NCBI GenBank assembly: GCA_977017645.1
Contig: OZ360233.1
Coordinates: 19,406,001-19,470,000 of the forward strand
From: Torpedo marmorata
Taxonomy: Eukaryota
DNA length: 64,000 nt
Direction of reading: 5' to 3'
Position numbers and translations under genes: made by a program. Under the pieces are notes generated by a model. That model worked only from the letters and a program-made list of their open reading frames with translations. It was not told the origin of the DNA and did not search any database. Positions 50,606-64,000 of this stretch are shown here, piece after piece. Every line of letters starts with the position of its first letter. The stretch's first letter is position 1.

Positions 50606-53600
50606 AACCATTTAATTGGGAATAAATTACATTACAATTTATTACAAACATATAAAATGGAAAAATTAATTGAAAGAACTAAACAAAGATACTATGAATT
50701 AGGGGAAAGAGCTCATAACGTTTTCGCATGGCAATTAAAAAAGATCAAACTTCTAGAACTATAAATGCTATAAGGAAAAAGAACTCTAGAGAAATAACTT
50801 ATAAACCTCTAGAAATAAATGATTCTTTTAAAGATTATTATTTGAATTTATATATATCTCAGATTGATCAAGATGATTCTAAAATTACTAGATTTTTATC
50901 TAAAATTATATTACCTAAATTGAATACTCAAAGTAGAGAATCTTTAGATTTACCTTTCTCAATGAGGGAAGTTAATGAAGTTCTTACTTCTCTAAAGAGT
51001 GGTAAACCTCCAGGTGAAGATGGATTTCCATCAGAATTTTACAAAGAGTTTAAAGATTTATTAATACCTCCATATATGGAAGTATTTTTTTAAAAATTAT
51101 TTTATTTAAACTTTTGAATCACAAAATACATAAGATAAAATATAAAATTATAAAATTATCAAAATACATGTGATATATTTTCACCCCCCACCCTCCCTCC
51201 CCTCCCCAACCCACCCATCCCCACTAATCTAATAAAAATATAAAATAAAAATAAAAATAAAGTAAAATAGAAAAAAGAAGAAAAAGAAAGAAAGAAAAGA
51301 ATATAGTGAAGGGAATACCTTCTAAACTAATTCTATTATGGAGGTCAAGTATGCCAGCAGATCTGATATCTAGAGATCTTCAAGTCCTTAAACCTACAGC
51401 GCTCATATATGGGCTCCAAACTTTCAAGGAAAAATGATATTTATTACGTAAATTATAAGTAATTTTTTCCAGTGGTATACACGAACGGTGTTCTGCATGC
51501 CATCTTTCTAATCTTAAATCTGAATCAGATTTCCAAGTAATAGCAATGCATTTTTTTGAAACAGCTAAAGCAATTCGCAAAAATTCTACTTGAAACATAT
51601 TTAATTTCTTTTTAATACTAAATTTTTTAATATCTCTAAATAAAAATAACATAGGATCCATTGGAAATACAATATTAAATACTTTATCTAAAAAGTTTTT
51701 AACTTTCAACCAAAAATTTTGAATTTTTTGACAAAACCATGTAGAATGAACAAAAGAACCTTCCTCTCTATTGCATCTAAAACATAAACCTGATAATGTC
51801 GGATTAAATTTCTTTAATTTTTTAGGTGTTAAATATAATTGATGAAAAAAATTATATTGTACTAATCTATATCTAACATTGATAATCTTCGTCATACTTA
51901 ATTTACATAAGTCTTTCCAATGATTTTCATCTATATTTACATTTAAACCTAATTCCCATTTTAATCTTGATTTATGCAGTCCTATTTTAGGCATTTTCCT
52001 CTGAAACAATTTATACATTTGAGAAATGAATTTATTAACATCTCCATTAGTAACTAATAATTCTAGTTCATTTTGTCTCGGTAAAATCAAAGCATAACCT
52101 AATTTCTCAGTCAATAAAGCTTTAACTTGATAATAAGCTAAAAATGTATTATCTGGTATATTAAATTTATCTTTCATTCTTTGAAACGTAATATATTTTC
52201 CAGCTTCAAAACAATCAGTAATCTTCTTAATACCTTTTTGAAACCAAATTTTAAGTAACTGATTATTAACAGTAAATGATATAAGCCCATTTTGATATAA
52301 TGGCATATTTGAAGAAATTAATCCTCTTCCACCTATATCTTTATCCGTCTTACCCCATATATCTAACAAATGTTTAATAATCGGTGAATTTTTCTTTTTT
52401 AATGATATTAATTTAGAATCCCATTTATAAATAATTTGTTCTTTAAGATCTTCTCCTATATTATTTAATTCTATTTTAATCCAAGCAGAAGATTTAGTTG
52501 AATCAAAAAATTCATTAACAAATTTTAATTGAGCTGCTTTATAATAATTTTGAAAGTTAGGAAGTTGCAATCCACCCATCTCATAATTCCAAGTTAACTT
52601 TTCCATACTTACTCTTGCTAACTTGATATATGGAAGTATTGAATCAAATTACGGAAACTCACTCATTACCAGATACTTTTTTAAATGCAATAATTACAGT
52701 TATACCAAAGAAAGATAGAGATGTATTGAAAACTGAATCTTATAGACCTATTTCATTATTAAATGTAGATTATAAAATAATGGCAAAAATTTTAGCAAAT
52801 AGAATGGCTAATTATTTACCAGATTTAATCCATGTAGATCAAGCTGGTTTTATTAAAAATAGATATTCAAAAGATTATATAGCTAGATTGATTAGTTTAA
52901 TTAATTTACATAAAAAGAAGGAAGATTTACCATTAGTTTTAACTTTAGACGCTGAAAAGGCTTTTGATAGATTAGAGTGGAATTTATTATTTAAGGTATT
53001 GGAGAAATTTGGTTTTGGAAATACATTTATTAATTGGATTAAAACTATATCTAAAGAACCATCTGCTAAAGTAGTTACAAATGGACAAATTTCTTCAAAA
53101 TTTCCTTTGACTCGATCTACTAGACAAGGATGTCCTTTGTCACCAGTATTATTTATTTTGGCGATAGAACCTTTGGCAGAATTAGTTAGAAAATATCCTA
53201 AAATAGTTGGTATTAAAGTTGGAAAGGAAGAACATAAAATTAGTTTATTTGCAGATGATGTATTGATAGATATGACAAAATCCACTACATCCTTAGTACA
53301 ATTGTCTGTGTTATTGAGAGAATATGGGGAAATATCTGGATATAAAATTAATTCTGATAAAAGTGAAATTATGGCATTATCACAAGGGGATTATAGTAGA
53401 TGTAAAGAAATTACACAATTTAAATGGGAAAAGGAAGGAATTAAATATTTGGGAATAAGGGTTGACATAAAATTGGCTAATTTATACAAATTAAATTACT
53501 TACCATTATTTGTGAAAATAAAGAAAGATTTAGAAAATTGGAAGGATTTACCTATACCTTTAATGGGAAGAGTAAATTGTATTAAAATGAATGTTTTCCA

Positions 53601-55216
53601 AGAATTCAATATCTTTTTCAATGAATTCCTTATGGAATTCCTCAAAATTGTTTTAAAGATTTAAATTCAATTATTAGAAATTTTTTATGGAAAGGAAAGT
53701 TAGCAAAAGTAGGTATGGAAAAATTAACTTGGAATTATGAAATGGGTGGTTTACAACTTCCTAATTTCCAAAATTATTATGAAGCAGCTCAACTAAAATT
53801 TGTTAATGAATTTTTTGATTCAACTAAATCTTCTGCTTGGATTAAAATAGAATTAAATAATATAGGAGAAGATTCCAAAGAAGAAGTTATTTATAAATGG
53901 GATTCTAAATTAATATCAACAAGAAAGTAAAATTCGCCTATTTTTAAACATTTGTTAGAAATATGGAATAAGACGGATAAGGAAATAGGAGGAAAAGGAT
54001 TGATTTCTTCAAGGATGACTTTACATCAAAATTGACTTATTCCATTTACTATTAATAATCAATTATTTAAAATTTGGTTTCAAAAAGGAATTAAGAAGAT
54101 TAATGAATGTTTTGAAGCTGGGAAATTTATTACTTTTCAAAGAATGAAAGATAAATTTAATATATTAGATAATACACTGATTGCTTATTATCAAATTAGA
54201 GCTTTTCTGGTTGAGAAATTAGGTTATGCTTTGATTTTACCAAGACAGAATGAATTAGAATTATTAGTTACTAATGGAGATGTCAATAAATTTATTTCTC
54301 AAATGTATAAATTGTTTCAGAGGAAAACGCCTAAAGTAGGAATGCATAAATCAAGATTAAAATGGGAATTAGATTTGAATGTAAGAATATATGAAATCAT
54401 TGGAAAGAATTATGAAAATTAAGTATGACGAAGATTATTAATGTTAGATATAGATTAGTACAATACAATTTTTTAATCAATTATATTTAACGCCTAAAAA
54501 ATTAAAGAAATTTAATTCGACATTATCAGGTTTATGTTTTAGATGTTATAGAGAGGAAGGTTCTTTTGTACATTCTATATGGTTTTGTCCAAAAGTTTAT
54601 GATTTTTGGTTGAAAGTTTATAAAAGTTTAGATAAAGTATTTAAGATTACATTTCCAATGGATCCTATGATATTTTTGTTTGGAGATATTAGAAAATTTA
54701 GTATTAAGATGAAATTAAATATGTATCAAATAGAATTTTTGCGAATTGCTTTAGCTGTTTCAAAGAAATGTATTGCTGTTACTTGGAAATCTGATTTAGA
54801 TTTAGGATTAGAAAGATGGCATGCAGAACTTCGTTCGTGTATACCACTTGAAAAAATTACTTATAATTTACGTAATAAATATCATTTATTCTTAAAAATT
54901 TGGAGCCCATATATGAAAGTTGTTGGTTTAAGGATTTGAAGATCTCTGGATATCGGATCTACTGGCATACTTGACCTCCATAATAGAATTAGTTTATAGA
55001 TTGGCATTCTCCTGACTCTATCTTTTTCTTTCTTTTTTCTACTTCTTTTTCTATTTTTATTTTATATTTTTATTTTTATTAGATTAGTGGGGTTGGGAGG
55101 GTTGGGGAGGGGAGGGAGGAAGGGGGCGAAAATGTATCACAAATAACTTGATAATTTTATATTTTATTTTATGTATTTTGTGATTTAAAAATTTTAAATA
55201 AAATATTTAAAAAAAA
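50606..55216 (+). mobile_element. L1 LINE, 5'-truncated ORF2 and 3' UTR, interrupted
   Basis: KPPGEDGF, SYRPISLLNVDYKI, LDAEKAFD, TRQGCPLSP, LFADD, C-terminal Cys region, A tail. 17-bp TSD with two mismatches (50589-50605 and 55217-55233). Confidence 0.95.
51087..52625 (-). mobile_element. L1 3' fragment of the same family nested in opposite orientation
   Basis: Open 408-aa ORF2 C-terminus (GGLQLPN..CFRC..HSTWFC); perfect 15-bp TSD atatatggaagtatt (51072-51086 and 52626-52640). Confidence 0.95.
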
Positions 55217-55734
55217 AACAGTGTATTGTATCCTAATCTCACAGCTGGACCCGACCCGTACGACCATCCTATTTGCTGATACTGGTAATTTGACCCGATC
55301 TCTGCGAAATTTTATCACGAATTCTAACACGCTCGTGATGTGTGCATTCATATTTTAAAGTCCGGAATAAGTCCGTCTCCGCAACTAATTCAAAATCTGC
55401 ATGATCCTGCAAGGCTAGGTGTGTGGATGAATTCATTCTCGCTGTAGACAGTTATTTGTTTACTTGTTGAAATTTTTCAATGACCTTTATTGGAAACATT
55501 AATCCTCTTATGCAATCCGAACATTGTTAACAAGAATTCATTCTCAAACACAGAATGAGAGGCGATGGTTTGAAACATGGACAATGCATAATCGGGTGGA
55601 CGAAGAACGTGAACGTCTTGAAAAATAAAATAAATAAGATAAATATATTCAGCCATTTTGAACTGAACTGCGTAAAATTTCTACGTGCGGGGTGTGTTGA
55701 AACTCTGAAATTCTCAAAGCGCAAACCGGTAGGG

Positions 55735-56200
55735 ATGACAAATCCCAAAGTGCTGCGGAAACTCAGCAGGTCACCCAGAATCGATATGAAATAAAAGAGA
55801 ATCAACGTTTCAGGCCTGAGACCTTCACAGGAATGTTGAATATAGGTCGAGGCCTGAATAAATTGTGGGGGATGGGGAGGAGGATCTGAAAGCAGGGAGG
55901 AAGTGAAAGGGGCATGAGCACAGGAAAACAGGTAAGAGGTAGTGGGTGGATGGTGGGAGAAGGGGAGAAGAGAACGAAGCTGAGAAGTCACGGTGGAGCG
56001 AGCAGAGGGCTAAAAAGGGTAGCTCTCTGATCGAGTGGAATGGGAAGGAGCGGGGAACTGGAGGGAAGATAGAGATTTCGTGAAGAGGCAAACCTGGGAG
56101 CGCGTGAACTGAAATTGGAAGTCGGTGATAGTGAAGACTTATTGGAGACTTTCGAGACCGAATCCATATTTCTCCCCAATTTACGGGTGCGCTCGATTGG
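55735..56200 (-). mobile_element. Penelope-like 3' fragment with degenerate hammerhead core
   Basis: Reverse complement ctgtgaaggtctcaggcctgaaacgttg...gacctgctgagtttccgcagcac, like 5840-5930. Confidence 0.65.
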
Positions 56201-57347
56201 CAGGATGTTAGCCCATGGTCGGATATTTCAGTGTTTAACCTTCTTTATCTTCTGCCCTCTCACCTGTATCCCCCTACTACCTCTTACCAATTACGCTTCG
56301 CTCCACCCATTCCACTTCCCCATCTTCTCCTCCTTCCCCCACCAATTTATTCAGATGTACACCTGTTTTCCATGCACGTCCAGGTATTGCGTAATCTCAT
56401 CCTTGACAATCGACTCCAACAGCTTCCAAACCACCGACGTCAGGATAATAGGTCCATAATTTACTTTCCGCTGCCTCCCTCCCTTCTTAAACAGCGGACT
56501 GACATTCACGATAATCCACTTCACCGGAACCACGCCGGACTCCACTGATTCCTGAAGATTATTACCAATGCCTCCACAATCTCTGCAGCTACGTCCTTCA
56601 GAACGCAAGGGTGCATTCTATCTCGTCCGGGAGAGACCATTGAAACCCTGAGACCATTGAGCTTCCCAAGTACCTTATCTCTCGTAATCTTGACCGCACT
56701 CGCTGCTCTTCCGAGAAAACAATGATAATTCGATATGCTACTACTACTGTCTTTCACAGTGAAGTCAGATCCAAAATATTCATTCAATTCCTCTGCCATC
56801 TCCTTCTCTCCCATTACAATTTATCCAGCGTCATTTTCTATTGGTCCTATATATTCTTTGACCACTCTTTTACTCTTTATATATTTAAAATGTTTTAGTA
56901 TGCTCTTCGAAATTACTCGCTGACCTATTTTCATAATTCATCTTTTTCTTCCTAATCACCTTCTTAGTTGTCTTCTCCAAGTTTTTTTTTAATTTCCAAG
57001 TCCCAGTTCGCGCAAAAAATTCCAGCCATTGCTGATCTGTTGTCTTCCCCATGAGTGTGTTTTTTTCAATAGACTTTGACCAGTTCCTCTGTCATGCGAC
57101 TGTAATTTCCATTACTCAACTGAAATACCGACACATCAGACTCTAGTCCCTCTTTCCAAATTTCAAAATTAACTCAATTATATTGTGATCACGGCCTCTT
57201 AACGGTTCCTTTACCTTAAGCTTTCTCATCACCTCTGGTTAATTACACAGCACCCAACCCAAAACAGCCGATCCTTTGGTAGGATCTTCAACAAGTTGTC
57301 CAAAAAACATCCCGTAGGCATTTTACAAAATCTCTCTCCTGAGGTCC
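56200..57347 (-). mobile_element. CR1 LINE ORF2 fragment
   Basis: EMAEELNEYF, SPGRDRMHP, FKKGGR..NYGPIILTSVV. Confidence 0.85.
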
Positions 57348-57354
57348 CGTACGG

Positions 57355-57790
57355 ACGCGGTATGGTATGGGGACACCAATACCCCTGATCGTAAAGCCCT
57401 CCAAAATGTAGTGGACACAGCCCAGGACATCACAGGCAAAACCCTCCCCACTATCGAGAACATCTACAGGGAACGCTGCCGTCCGAGAGCAGCAGCAATC
57501 AATCAAGATACAGACTACCCAGCATACGCCCTGTTCTTGCTGCTGCCATAAGCAAAGAGGTATATATCCTACAAGACTCGAATCACCAGGTTCACAAACA
57601 CATTCCCCACCTCCACCATCAGACTCCTCAACAACGAACTCAATCAGGGACTCATTTTCGGACAATTACATGTGCACTTTATTGATTATGAAAACTCTCT
57701 GTATTGTACAGTCAGCTTGTTTACATTCGTTATCTGTTTGCAGTTCTATATTTGTTTCCATGTGTACGTTGAGTACATTTTTTGTAATGC
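57355..57790 (+). mobile_element. Rex1 3' fragment and UTR
   Basis: Matches 37225-37630 (acagcccaggacatcacaggcaaaacc..., aactcaatcagggactcattt). Confidence 0.8.
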
Positions 57791-57794
57791 CAAT

Positions 57795-59960
57795 AATCAG
57801 AATCAGAATCAGAATTTATTGTCATGAACAAGTCATGAAATTCGGTGCTTTGCGGCAGCATCATAGTGCAATTAACATTCATATTAACCATTCTAACGAC
57901 ATTACTATATAAAAAAAAAATTATAAACAATAGTGCACTAGTGTTTTTGGTTCATTGATTGTTCAGGAATCTGATGGCAGCGGGGAAGAAGCTGACCTTG
58001 TGCCGTTGAGTGCTCGTCTTTAGGCTCCTGTACCTTTTCCCCGATGGAAGCAGCGTGAAGAGGGCATGGCCTGGGTGGTGGGGGTCCTTGAGGATAGAGG
58101 CTGCTTTATTAAGACATCGCCTCATGTAGATGTCCTCGATGGAGTGAAGTTTGGTGCCCGTGATGTCACAGGCCGAGTTAACAACCTTCTGGAGTTTGCT
58201 CTTGTCCTGGGAGTTGGCACCACCATACCAGGCAGTGATGCAACCAGCTAGAATGCTCTCCACGGTACACCTGTAGAAGTTCACGAGAGTCTTTGGCGAC
58301 ATACCGAATCTCCGCAATCGCCTCACAAAGTATAGCCGCTGACGAGCCCTCTTTGTGATTGCATCCACGTGGATGTTCCAGGACAGATCCTCGGAGATGT
58401 TGACACCCAGGAATTTGAAGTTCTTGACCCTCTCCACGACTGAGCCCTCGATGAGGACTGGGTTGTGTTCCCCTGACTTCCTCCTGAAGTCCACAATCAT
58501 CTCCTTGGTTTTGCTGACGTTGAGCTCAAGGTTGTTGTCATTACACCATTCAATGAGCTGATCTATCTCCCTCCTGTACGCTTCCTCATTGGCGTTTCTG
58601 ATTCTGCCGACAACTGTGGTGTCATCGGCAAACTTGTATATGGCATTGGAATTGTGCCTGGCCACACAGTCATGAGTGTATAACGAGTAGAGCAGTGGAC
58701 TAAGCACGCATCCTTGGGGTGCGCCTGTGTTGATAATCAGTGAGGAGGAGACGTTGTTTCCAATTCGTACTGACTGTGGTCTTCCGATGAGAAAGTCAAG
58801 GATCCAGTTGCAGAGGGGGCTACAGAGGCCTAGAGTTTGTAGCTTCTTGACCAGCACTGAGGGAATAATGGTATTGAAGGCCGAGCTGTAGTCTATGAAG
58901 AGCAGCCGTATGTATGAATTGCTGTTTTCGAGGTGATCCAGAGCTGAGTGGAGAGCCAACGATATTGCATCTGCTGTGGAGCGATTGTGACGATAGGCGA
59001 ATTGCAGTGGGTCCAGATCTTTGCTTAGGTATGTGTTAATTCTGGCCATGACCAGCCTCTCAAAGCATTTCATCACAGTAGAAGTTAGTGCTACTGGGCG
59101 ATAGTCGTTGATGCAGCTCACACTACTCTTCTTGGGCACCGGGATGATTGATGCCCTTTTGAAGCAGGTGGGAACCTCTGACTGCCGCAATGAGAGGTTG
59201 AAAATGTCCGTGAACACTCCGGCTAGTTGGTTGGCGCAGATTGTCAATACCCTGCCAGGTACGCCGTAAGGGCCTGACGACTTGCGAGGGTTCACCCTCT
59301 TGAATGATGTTCTGACGTCGCCCTCAGAGACAGATATCACAGTGTCCTCTGCCCTCTCAGGGATTCTATTAGGCACTGTTTTGTTTTTCTTCTCAAAGCG
59401 GGCATAGAAGGTGTTCAGCTCATCGGGTAGTGAAGCATCACAGCCGTCTATAGTGTTCGCCCTCGTTTTGTAGGCTGTAATGGCCTGCACACCCTGCCAT
59501 AGCTGGCGTGTATCTGTCTCTGTCTCTAGGTTCCTTCGGAATTGCCACTTTCCTTCAGAGATAGCCTTCCGCAGGTCGTGCCTGGACTTTTTGTAAAGAT
59601 CCCGGTCACCGTCTTTAAACGCCCTTGTTCTCGTCCTCAGCAGGTTGCGAATTCTTTGATTCATCCAGGGCTTCTGGTTGGGGAACACCCGGTATTTGCG
59701 CGTGGGCACACACTCATCCACGCAGGTCTTGATGAAGTCGGTGACACCTGTTGCATATTCATTTATGTCTATGGCTGAGTGCTTGAATATGTTCCAGTCC
59801 ACCGAGTCAAAGCAGTCCTGCAGACGCTCCTCCGCCTCCTTTAACCACACTTTCGCTGTCCTCTCCACTGTTGCTGTGGTCTTTAGTCTCTGCTTGTAAG
59901 CCGGGAGTAGAAGTACAGCCAGGTGATCAGACTTGCCGAAGTGCGGTCGTGGTATGGCTA
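57795..59960 (-). mobile_element. Young Rex1/Babar LINE, 5'-truncated, with uninterrupted RT ORF
   Basis: From PHFGKSDH through YRPVALTS, FIDYSSAFNTI, GAPQGCVLSP and YKFADD to the stop at 57952 with no disruption; (TTCTGA)n tail at ~57795-57815. Confidence 0.95.
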
Positions 59961-60405
59961 ATAAGTGGCAATTCTGCCTCGCCCGCAGGAAAATAAATCG
60001 CAGTGAAGACAGAAATCCTGAGATCACCACCCTTGCGTTCCTGCTTCTCAGCTTCCTCCCTAATTCCCTATATTCCCTTTGCAGGACCTCCAGACTTATC
60101 TTACCTATGTTATTGGTACAAACATGTACCAAGTATGTTCGCGCTCTCCCCTCAGAATGGCCTGGACCAGATTTCAGACATCGCTTACATTGGCACCAGG
60201 GAGGCAGCACACGATCCGGGCGTCTTTATCGGGCCTACATAATCTCCTGTCTGTTCTCCTCACGATGGAATCTCCTATTACCATTGCATGCATCTTTGCA
60301 CTTTCCATTACCGAGCCATGTTCAGTGATAGAGACCTGGTCCCTATTGTCCTCTGTCAGGTCATCCTCGCCAATACTATCCAGAACGATAAAGCTGTTGC
60401 TGAGA
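59961..60405 (-). mobile_element. CR1 ORF1 esterase fragment
   Basis: VIGDSIVRRTDRR..VCCLPGA, LVHVCTNNIG..YRELGRKLRSR..VVISG. Confidence 0.85.
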
Positions 60406-61524
60406 TCCTTGCTCAATCAGATAACCATGAACAATAATGAAATTTATCAGGCATATTTTCACACAGAGTGCTGTGTGCATGGAAATCAGGACCGAAAACG
60501 GTGGTGGAGGCCGGCACGATGGAATCTTTTCAGAGGCTATTATATAGGTCTATGGAACTGAGAAAAAATGGAGGGTATTGGAGTCGGGAAATTCTCGCTA
60601 TTTGTTGAAATAGGTTCTGAGGTTGGCACGACACTATGGGCCTAAGGGCCTGCGCTGTGTTGTATATTCCTATGTTCTGTATTTTCCCTGCTCACTCATT
60701 CATCGGCATAGGCAGAGTAAAATTCGCGCGCAGTTTTTCGCATTACTCCACTTCATAACTTGTTTCTGAACCTGCACTTTAAATACATTGACAGCTTCCT
60801 CATGTTAATCCTATGACGCAGTAAAGCACGTTGATTATAATCCTGGAATTTTCTTTGAATCAGTTTTGTTTGATTCTGTATTTTTTTGTGGAACGTGATC
60901 GAAAGTCTATCCGCTTTGACTACGATTTAACCGTGCACCTCTGCAACTACATTTTCAGTTCTCTTGGCGTTGTTAAATATTGACCTCTCATAGTTACATT
61001 TCGCGTCACCATTCTCCCAAACACTCAATAATGTCGAATGGAGGGGTTCTACTCGTGCTTGTTTATAGACATATACTTGCTTGCTTTATCCAGTCATCAA
61101 TTCCGTATCCCTTTTGAGGTAGGCGCATAATTACAACGTGTTGCTGCAGTATTCAGTGTGCCAGCACTTATTCATTTCGTAAAATCTGGAACCCAACACT
61201 AAATCGCAAAATAATGGCGTGTAGCACGTTGTATCTACATCGCCTCTTTGAAAGCATTCTCCGATTGTTCTTCTCGCATTCCCAAGGTGTGACCTTACAC
61301 ATCATCAAAAATATAAGAAGCGCGGAACAGGGAAGATGGTCACTGTTTCTGCGTGCTGTGCTTTGAATTCCGAAATAGCAGCCGTGTGAATTCGAGCCGT
61401 ACGTATGGACAACAGGACATGATCGTGATGGAAGCATAAAACTGTTGGTCATTGCATTTAAACTTTCTTCTTTCTGCTGATGCCTGCACGCAATTGGTTG
61501 GGAAATGGTCTGCTGCACGTCGGG

Positions 61525-61860
61525 GACTGCGAGGGACGACTGTTACAGGAACGAAGCAGCCTTTAAAAAGCCTCCTTAGAGGTTGGTGCTCTTTTCATTC
61601 CGTCAGGGACTGCGGCAGGTGGGTGGTTCCAGGAGCGGAGAAGCCTTTAGAATAAGCGGGAAAGGTATGTTCTCTTTTCATCCCCGTCGTTGACTGCGAA
61701 CGTGGTCTATTACAGGAGTGGATAAACCCTTAAATAGCAGCCGGAGAGGAAGGTGCTCTGTTCATTCCGGCCGGTGACTGCGAGAGTGGACTGTTACAAG
61801 AGATGAGAAACCTTTGAAAAGCAGCGGGTGAGGTAATTTCTCTTTTCATTCCCCCCATGT
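61525..61860 (+). repeat. Four diverged ~84-bp tandem units upstream of CR1 ORF1
   Basis: gactgcg recurs at 61525, 61608, 61692 and 61776; each unit has a acagg/ccagg..cctt..ctcttttcatt-like pattern. Confidence 0.8.
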
Positions 61861-63885
61861 GACAATTAGCTGTGGTCAATAAAACGATGGGTAGCTCAAT
61901 GGAGTAGCTAATGTAGAGCAGTCAGTGTGTGAGTGGCTCGTTGTAGGATTGGGGTTTTGAGGCATTCGGTCCCAGGGATTCGGTGAGCAGAGGGTGAGAA
62001 AAATGTGCAGGAGTTTAGGCAAGGCAATGGCAGGATGTTCTTACACTTTACTCTTGAATAGACAGTGGGGATGGCAGCAAGTACAGGAACATGTTCCTCC
62101 TGCAGAATGTGGTTAGGCAGGGAAGCCAACACTATCCCTGATGACTTCATCTGCGAGAGGTGCACCCAACTGCAGCACGAGACAGACAGTGTGATGGAAT
62201 TGGAGCTGGAGTTGGATGAAACTCGGACATTTCGGGAAGCTAAGGGGGTGAGAGACAGGAGTTACAGGGATGAAATCACGCAGAGGAGGCTGGCGGAAGG
62301 TATAAGGCTAACAGTCAGAAGAGGGAAAAGTGACAGGCCATTCCCTTAGCAACATATATACCCCTTTGTATACTGCTGGGGACGACCTATCTGGGTCAGG
62401 CAGCAGCAGCAGACCAATAGTACCGTGATAGGCTCTGAGCCGGGAAGGTTGAACTTTGGTAGGGCGATAGTGGGAGGGAACCTGATAATCAAAGGAACAG
62501 ATAGGAGATTCTGCGGGCGCAAAAGGGACACCAGGATAATGTGTTGCTTCCAGGGTGCTCGGGTCGGGATGTGTCCAAGCGTGTGCAGAATATTCTTCAA
62601 GGGGAGGGTAATCAGACAGAGGTCGTTGTCCATAATGATACCAATGACAAGGAAGGAGTAGGTTAGAGGTCATGCAAAGTACCTTTAGAGAGTTAAGAAA
62701 GATGCTGTAGAGCAGGACCTCCAAGGTGGTAATCTTTGGATTAACTCCCGGTGCCACAAGTTAGAGAAGGTCAGAACAGGAAGATAGTTCAGGCAAACGT
62801 TTGGTTGAAGAGATGTTGCAGGAGGGAGGATTTCACGGTCCTGGATCAATGGAACCTTTTCTGGGGAAGGGGCGACCTTTACAAGTAGGACATATTGCAC
62901 CTGAACGAGAGGGGAACCAATGCCGAGCAGGGAGGTTTACTAATGCTGTTGCGACGGGGGTTAAACTAGATTCGCAAAGGTGTGGGAACCAACGAGAAGA
63001 AACAGTGGAAGAGGTGGTTGGCGTACAGGTAGGGACAGCTGGTTGGGGGATTGTGTGGAAGGACAGGCTGATAGGATAAAATTACAGCCATGGGGATGCT
63101 TTGAAATGCAACAGGGAAGCAGAGTCAAATGTACCAAATCAAGGGCTAAGTGTTTTGTATTTAACTGCACGCAGCATAAGAAATAAAGTGGATAACTTTG
63201 TAGTGCGGCTAAAGATTGTCAGGAATGATGTTGTGGCCATCACGGAGTCGTGGCTGAAGTATTGATGATATTGGAAGCTGAACGTCAATGGATATACAAT
63301 GTATCGAAAGTATAGGCAGGTAAGCAGGTGAGGCTGCGTCATTCGGTTGGTAAAGAACTACATTAAATCATTAGAAAAAAGTGACATTGGATCAGAAGAT
63401 ATGGAATCATTATGGATTAAGAAATTGCAAAGGTTAAATACACTGTTGGCTCTAATATACAGACCTCCAAACAGTAGCCGGTATGTGGACGACGATTTTG
63501 AACAGCAGATAGAAAAGGCGTGATAGGCGGGCATTATTATGGTTGTGATGGGAGATTTTAACTTCCAGATAGGTTGGGAAAACAAGGTTGGGACTGGATC
63601 TCAAGAGAGAGATTTTGAAGAAAACTACGAGGTGGCCATCGAGCAACTTGTTAATGAGCCCACGACAGGATCCGCTGTACTGTATTGGGTATTGTGTCAT
63701 GCACCCGAGGTGATTAGAGAGTTTGAGTAAATAAACCAATAGCCAGGGCATGAAAAGTTTTGGGGAGAAGACCGGGAAGTGGGGCTGAGTGGGAAATGGA
63801 TCAGCTCTTGATTAAATGGCGGGAAAGACTCGAAGTGTTGAATAGCCTATTTCTGCTCCGACGTCTTATGCTCTTATGGTCTTAA
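61860..63885 (+). mobile_element. CR1 LINE 5' part (ORF1 zinc finger and esterase, ORF2 endonuclease) joined to a 3' tail
   Basis: CSSCRMW..FICERC, CCFQGA, VAITESWL, IYRPPNS, MGDFNF; tail cttatgctcttatggtctta near 63870. Confidence 0.85.
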
Positions 63886-64000
63886 AATAAAGCTGGTCAT
63901 CAGACACCAAAAATGCACTTTGATTTCACAGAGGCATCAAAAGAACCACAAATTAAATTATCACCTTACCCAAAATAATACATTTTACAAAATAACCAAA

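Noticed and set aside
61090-61400. Faint V-like motifs on the plus strand (LIHF, EDGHCFCVL)
   Set aside because: No Trp, leader or RSS; could be chance.
1-64000. D, J or C segments, tRNA genes, CRISPR-like arrays
   Set aside because: No 12-RSS with FGxG or constant exons seen; tRNA-like sequences are SINE heads; tandem repeats lack unique spacers.

Overview
Eukaryotic, repeat-rich DNA with three assembly gaps. It is most consistent with the variable-segment region of a T-cell receptor alpha/delta locus of a cartilaginous fish (inferred from V-segment style and the CR1, Rex1, Penelope and HE1/V-SINE repeat content). Three V segments look intact, each with a leader exon, phase-1 intron, V exon and 23-bp-spacer RSS: 6465-6902, 17696-18546 and 25211-26063. 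Four clear V pseudogenes lie at 2562, 12719, 28140 and, inverted, 39586-40034. There is also a decayed IgH-like V candidate near 49.7 kb and an orphan V promoter/leader near 35.3 kb. No D, J or C segments were seen. The 15-32.5 kb block is a tandem triplication in which each V is followed by an antisense endogenous-retrovirus 3' end (LTR; env and a ~2 kb env-LTR interval in copies 1 and 3). Its divergence pattern suggests an unequal crossover that made a chimeric V, followed by a ~5 kb deletion. The rest is Gypsy, Penelope, CR1, Rex1, L1 (with a nested inverted same-family insertion), ERV pol and SINE remnants. No prokaryotic-type systems or CRISPR arrays are present. All identity comparisons are by eye.
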